From NCBI GenBank assembly GCA_965218115.1, contig OZ244584.1, positions 867,835 to 931,834 on the forward strand: DNA of 64,000 bases. Direction: 5' to 3'. Source of the stretch: Dehalococcoidia bacterium (lineage in GTDB: Bacteria; Chloroflexota; Dehalococcoidia; Bin125). Shown piece after piece: positions 59,454 to 64,000 of the stretch (the first letter of the stretch is position 1; each line of letters begins with the position of its first letter). Made by a program: the position numbers and the translations under genes. The notes beneath the pieces were generated by a model that saw nothing but the letters and a program-made list of their open reading frames with translations, was not told where the DNA came from and did not search any database.

Positions 59454-60041
59454 TCACCCACCCAACGTTCCCTTGGTACTCGGAGCCCCCGCCCCATCAA
59501 CGACCCGCACCGCATCCCTCAGACACCTCGCTAACGCCTTGAACGTAGCCTCCAGAATGTGATGATCGTTCTCCCCCGCGAGCTGCCGGACGTGCAGCGC
59601 GAAGCGGCCCTCCTGCGCCACCGTCTCGAGGAAGTGGATCGCCATGTGCGACGGCAGCTGGCCGATCATCGGGCTCGGGAACTCCAGCCCGATCGCGCTG
59701 TAGGGGCGGCCGCTGAGGTCGATTGAGACATGGATCAGCGATTCGTCGAGTGGCACAGTGCGGTCGGCAAAGCGGGCGATCCCCGCGCGCTCGCCGAGCG
59801 CCTCGTTGATCGCGCGGCCGAGCGAGATCGCGATGTCCTCCACCGTGTGGTGCGCGTCCACGTGCAGATCGCCGCTGGCCTTGACCGTCAGGTCGAGCCC
59901 GCCATGCCGGGCGAGCTGGTTGAGCATGTGATCGAGCATCCCCACGCCGGTCTCGATCTCAGCCGCGCCCGAGCCGTCGAGCTCCAGCTCAAGCTTGATC
60001 TCAGTCTCTTTGGTGACCCGTTCAACACGTGCGCTGCGCAT
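59454..60041 (-). CDS. hisB: imidazoleglycerol-phosphate dehydratase
   Basis: RVTKETEIKLELELDG start, DxHHxxE metal motifs (DAHHTVEDIAISLG; DHHILEATFKALAR). Start at ATG 60041. Confidence 0.9.
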   Translation of the reverse strand: MRSARVERVTKETEIKLELELDGSGAAEIETGVGMLDHMLNQLARHGGLDLTVKASGDLHVDAHHTVEDIAISLGRAINEALGERAGIARFADRTVPLDESLIHVSIDLSGRPYSAIGLEFPSPMIGQLPSHMAIHFLETVAQEGRFALHVRQLAGENDHHILEATFKALARCLRDAVRVVDGAGAPSTKGTLGG

Positions 60042-60184
60042 ACATGCACATTGCCTCAGCCCGCGCCGACTGTCCACCGATTCGCGCGAACTAAACTGGA
60101 ATCGTCGAATAGACGTGACGGAACAGTCGAAGCGCTCCTCCACGGATCCTCTGAACAAGTCGGATCCCCCTGACCACCCAATGT

Positions 60185-60560
60185 GTTCAGGGGCATCCGC
60201 TCCCTTCCCAATGTCGCCCCCTGAGGGGGAGATGCCCCGCAGGGGCAGAGGGGGAGGCCGCGCGCATCGCCACCGCTCACGCAGTTGGGAGCCTCCCCCT
60301 CAGTCGCTGCGCGACAGCTCTCCCCCGTTGAGCACATTGAGTGCTCAACGGAATCCGGATCCCTTCACCCCTGAGGAGACCTGCGCGTAATCTCCATTTC
60401 CCCTCTCCCCCCGCGGAGCGGGGGGAGATGCCGCAGGCAGAGGGGGGCTCCGGGCGCGCCCTCACCAGATAGCGGAAGCTCCCCACTGTCACTTCGTGAC
60501 ACCGCCACCGGGAGGGAAGGTCGGAGCAGTGGGACTTACGCGCAGGTCTCCTCAGGGGGA
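60185..60560. repeat. composite repeat cluster (inverted modules B and D, then E, C', H); same module series as 23765-24050
   Basis: CCGTTGAGCACATTGAGTGCTCAACGG perfect palindrome; CTCTCCCCCCGCGGAGCGGGGGGAGATGCCGCAGGCAGAGGGGGGCTCC. Between the same-strand PEPM-like gene and hisB. Confidence 0.85.
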
Positions 60561-60580
60561 GCCATTGAGAGCGGGTCTAC

Positions 60581-61441
60581 TCAGCCGTCGGGACGCACGG
60601 TAGTCCGCGCCTCGATCTCGTAGAGCTCGTCCATCCCCGCGGCGTCCTGCACGTCGCGGTAGAGCCGCATCAGGTCGCCGATCTCGTGGCCGCTCGCGCC
60701 GCTCTCGCGGATCGCGCGGTAGGCCTCGCGCATCGCGCCGAACGCGACGACCTGCCCGGTGAAGGGATCGATCTGCAGATTGAATCCGTGTGAGGTGAGC
60801 ATCTCGGGGTCCTGGCGCCCCGCCGCGCCCATGATCGCGAGCGGGCCGCCGAGCAGCTCGCCGGCCTGCGCGATCTGCGCGTCGTCGGTCGGGAAGATCA
60901 TCAGCACATCGGCGCCAGCCTCGCGATAGGCCAGCGAGCGCTCGATCGCGCGCTCGAACGACTCGTTCCGCACCGCGCCGGTCCGCGCGATGATCAGGAA
61001 GTCGGGATCGCTGCGCGCTCCGACCGCCTCGCGCACCTTGTCGACCATCACCTCCAGCGGCTCCAGGAACTCGACGCCCTTGTGGTGATGCGCCCGCTTG
61101 GGCGAGACCTGGTCCTCAATCTCAATCGCCGCTCCGCCCGCCGACTCGATCTCACGAATCGCGCGGGTCAGGTGCACCGCGTCGCCAAAGCCCACGCCGC
61201 CGTCCACAATCAGCGGCACGCTGGAGCGGGCCGTGATCTGCCGCGTCAGCGTCGCGATCTCCGTGGTCGTCAACAGCGCCTCGGAGACGGCCAGCTGGAA
61301 TCCAAAGCCGCCGCCGGAGAGGTAGGCGGCATCGAACCCCAGCGATTCAATCAGCCGCCCGCTCAGCGGATCGAGGCAGACCGGCGCAAACGTCGTCTGC
61401 CCCGAACGGATCCGTTCAGCAAAGTCATGTCGGTTGGTCAT
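60581..61441 (-). CDS. isocitrate lyase/PEP mutase family protein (methylisocitrate lyase / oxaloacetate decarboxylase-like)
   Basis: ICL/PEPM family pattern (LIVDGGVGFGDA ... EIEDQVSPKRAHHHKG). Confidence 0.7.
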   Translation of the reverse strand: MTNRHDFAERIRSGQTTFAPVCLDPLSGRLIESLGFDAAYLSGGGFGFQLAVSEALLTTTEIATLTRQITARSSVPLIVDGGVGFGDAVHLTRAIREIESAGGAAIEIEDQVSPKRAHHHKGVEFLEPLEVMVDKVREAVGARSDPDFLIIARTGAVRNESFERAIERSLAYREAGADVLMIFPTDDAQIAQAGELLGGPLAIMGAAGRQDPEMLTSHGFNLQIDPFTGQVVAFGAMREAYRAIRESGASGHEIGDLMRLYRDVQDAAGMDELYEIEARTTVRPDG

Positions 61442-61463
61442 GCGCGGATGCTAGTGGCGTCGC

Positions 61464-64000
61464 TCACGGGGCGCACGGATAGCCGTCAACCACCCATTCG
61501 ACATAGTTGTCATCGGCCGCTCGAACCACGTAGCTGCGACGTTCGGTCGGAAACGTTTGCTTCCCGCAGTCGCCAAAGCGCGGCCGCAGACTCATCTCGC
61601 CTGTGTTCGTCGCCGCGAAGACGAATTCGCCCGAGGCGCCGGTGGCCACATTCTGGCACAAGCCGCTGTCCGGGCACGCGACGAAGCCCCAGCTCGCAAC
61701 CGGCATCCCCTCCGAGTCGATCACGCGTCCCTCAACGGCGTAGCGACAGGCGCCAGAGTGGATCTCCCACCGCAAGGAAGTGGGGCCGTCGCCGGTGACG
61801 CGAATGCCCCTAACGCTCAGCGCCCGCGTCGTCGCACGTGACGCCCATTGTTGCGGGTTGTAGCTGACGATCTCGCACCCAAGTGTGATGCCGTCATGGA
61901 GCACTGGAGCGCTGATCGTGAATCGATAGGGCCCGGCCTCCGAGACGGCGAGCCTGAAGGACCCGTCAGCCTGCAGCTGCGTCGTGACGTGCCGCCCTCC
62001 CCCCTCCAAGTACGCACCGATGCGACGGTTACGCGCCCACGCCTCGTCGCGGCCCAGCAGCTGGCCACTGATCACCAGCTCGCAGAGTTGCGAGAGCGGC
62101 TCGAACCGGATCTGGGTTGTCCTTGCGCGCACCGCGGACCGCACGATCAGCGCCTCGCTTGGGTCGCGCGTGAAGCCGTCAGCAGCGGCGTAGGACGTGC
62201 AGCGGTTTTGCGGAGTCGAGAACGCGATCACGTGGTCGCCGGGAATCGGCACGGTCGCGGTGTAGGTGCGGCTCCCGCGCCTCTGTTCGGCCTCGGTGCA
62301 GCCCGTGCCGTCTGGACGGCACACCGAGATCTCGAGATCCTTGGGCACATCTCTGATGCTTCCGGTCGTACGCACCCGGACCTGTTCGCGGCAGAATGAC
62401 GCGGGTGCGACGATGTTGAAGTCGCTCACCGATGGCTCGCTCGTCGAGAACGGCCGGGGCGCTCGCGAATCGCCCGATGTGGGCCACGTGAGCATCTGAT
62501 CGAGGTCAACCTCGCCACGGCACGTTGTATCCCGCCGGACCACCGCGATGCCGTAGTTGAGCGTCCCCGCCCCGGCGCTGTCGAACCGTGGCAGCGTGAC
62601 TTCGAACGACCCGTTGGGCTCAACGTCGACGGATTCCCGTCGGCCCCGATCAGTTTCGGCCTCCACTGAGAGCCGCGGCAGGGCAGCGGCGCCTGATCGT
62701 TTGATCGCGCCGCTGATGACGGTGAAGTTCGGCCGTCGGACTTCATAGAACAGCTCGTAGAACTCCTGAGACGAGAGCCCGAACGTCTCACGGAAGGCGG
62801 TCTGCCAGCTCCGCGTGACGCCGTTGCGCGGCGCCAGGTTGCGCCAGAAGTCGATGACGGTATCGGCGCCCGACCGCTCGATCAGGATCGTCAGCGCTGC
62901 GAGCCCGACAAAGTGCGCGTAGTCGAACGGCCGGTAGCGGTTGGCGAGGTTGAGTTCGGTGGTCCAGAACTGCGCCTCGCTCACGCTCGTCGGCTGCCCA
63001 TCGAGACTCCAGCCGAACCACGTCGCGGTGCCTTCCGTCAGCCAGCCGGGCGTACGGTGGCGGGCAGGCCCGGCGATCTCGAACTGCGCGATGTGGAAGT
63101 ACTCGTGCGCCAGGACCGCGCGGGCGTAGCTGACCCCGCCGGCCGACCTGTAGCCACCGGTCCAGAAGCTGGCCGACATCACGATCTCGTTCACCCCCGC
63201 CCGCGTCACGGGTGATCGCGCCCACGCGCTCGTGGTTGCACCCCGTCGCGACTGTAGGCGGGCGAGCGCCTCAGGCGTGGTGGCGATCCGGACCGTCAGA
63301 CGCCGCGTTTCCATCTCCCACGCGAAGCGCGACGCGAACAGCTCCACGACCCACGCCACATCGGCTTCGACGGTCTCGCGAAAGTCGTCGGGTAGTTGAA
63401 GCTGGAGGCCGCCCGCGAACGCGACCCGGTGATACACCCCCGATGGTTGCAGCCACTCCACTGCCTCGGTCAGTGTGACCTCGATCGCTTCGCCGCGGCG
63501 GAGCGCTGGGATGTCGACGGGTTCGAGCGAAGGATCAGGCGGCCACGGCACCGATCGCTGCTCGGCGGCGATCCAGCGCTGGGCGCTGGTCAGCTGCTCC
63601 GCCAGACCGGCCAGCGCGTCGGCCAACCCGATATCCGAACGGCCCGCCCAGGCGACCAACTGGCGTCCCGGCTCGAGCTGGAAGCGTCGGCCGGCGGGCG
63701 TCGCCGGTCGGACCCAGTCAACCGCATCCCCGTCTCTGATCCGGAACCAATAGCCGCGACCCGGCTGTAGCTGCTGAACCGCGTCCGAGTCGTCAGGCGC
63801 CTCGCCGTCAACCAACGCACCGTCGTGGATCGATTCCAGCTCAGGCAGCTGCTCGAAGACCTCGCTGGCAGCCGTCTCCGCGTGAATCCAGCCAATCAGG
63901 TTCCAACCGGAGTAAAGCGTGGTGGTGATCGTCTCATCGTCCGCGGCCGCCGAAGCGGGACGGATCACCGCGAGGAGCAGCACGGAGGCGACGGTGGCCA
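61464..64000 (-). CDS. large secreted zinc-metallopeptidase-like protein (HExxH), 5' end beyond the window
   Basis: AHEYFHIAQFE carries an HExxH motif. Signal-peptide-like LLLAVIRPASAAADD at the window edge; the reading frame is open to position 64000. C-terminal region predicted beta-rich. Confidence 0.55.
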   Translation of the reverse strand, partial: ATVASVLLLAVIRPASAAADDETITTTLYSGWNLIGWIHAETAASEVFEQLPELESIHDGALVDGEAPDDSDAVQQLQPGRGYWFRIRDGDAVDWVRPATPAGRRFQLEPGRQLVAWAGRSDIGLADALAGLAEQLTSAQRWIAAEQRSVPWPPDPSLEPVDIPALRRGEAIEVTLTEAVEWLQPSGVYHRVAFAGGLQLQLPDDFRETVEADVAWVVELFASRFAWEMETRRLTVRIATTPEALARLQSRRGATTSAWARSPVTRAGVNEIVMSASFWTGGYRSAGGVSYARAVLAHEYFHIAQFEIAGPARHRTPGWLTEGTATWFGWSLDGQPTSVSEAQFWTTELNLANRYRPFDYAHFVGLAALTILIERSGADTVIDFWRNLAPRNGVTRSWQTAFRETFGLSSQEFYELFYEVRRPNFTVISGAIKRSGAAALPRLSVEAETDRGRRESVDVEPNGSFEVTLPRFDSAGAGTLNYGIAVVRRDTTCRGEVDLDQMLTWPTSGDSRAPRPFSTSEPSVSDFNIVAPASFCREQVRVRTTGSIRDVPKDLEISVCRPDGTGCTEAEQRRGSRTYTATVPIPGDHVIAFSTPQNRCTSYAAADGFTRDPSEALIVRSAVRARTTQIRFEPLSQLCELVISGQLLGRDEAWARNRRIGAYLEGGGRHVTTQLQADGSFRLAVSEAGPYRFTISAPVLHDGITLGCEIVSYNPQQWASRATTRALSVRGIRVTGDGPTSLRWEIHSGACRYAVEGRVIDSEGMPVASWGFVACPDSGLCQNVATGASGEFVFAATNTGEMSLRPRFGDCGKQTFPTERRSYVVRAADDNYVEWVVDGYPCAP

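Overview
High-GC (about 68-70%) bacterial chromosomal segment; taxon not assignable from sequence alone. The coding backbone is mostly housekeeping: glpK-glpD, a copper P-type ATPase, a tRNA-Met, a minus-strand run dapL-(GNAT-like)-dapF-miaA-tpiA-pgk-rpiB-tsaC, a plus-strand purine block guaA-(NDT-like)-purD-cupin-purB ... purC-purS, hisB and hflX. An acyl-CoA/organic-acid type accessory set is interleaved: three family-III CoA-transferases, three enoyl-CoA hydratases, an SDR, an MFS transporter, a Rieske ferredoxin, a flavodoxin, a PTPS-like protein, alpha/beta hydrolases and a PEP-mutase/isocitrate-lyase family enzyme. An IS5-family transposase lies at the left edge. Most striking is a heavy load of modular, GC-rich, hairpin-forming dispersed repeats: at least 6 recurrent modules including a ~190-bp MITE-like element with ~35-bp terminal inverted repeats, in 10 clusters, 8 of them exactly at convergent gene junctions. 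Further points: tandem segmental duplications that copied the 5' end of purC with its ~390-nt leader and the 3' end of purS; a PurB with a ~130-aa C-terminal extension; a lower-GC stretch with two tandem paralogous bPH-domain membrane proteins next to a B12-binding radical SAM gene; an ATP-grasp / low-GC small membrane protein / HDAC-family deacetylase trio; and a radical-SAM SPL-like gene translationally coupled to an RHH (FitA/VapB-like) protein. Many six-frame ORFs on opposite strands or inside repeat clusters are high-GC or repeat-translation artefacts and are not called.
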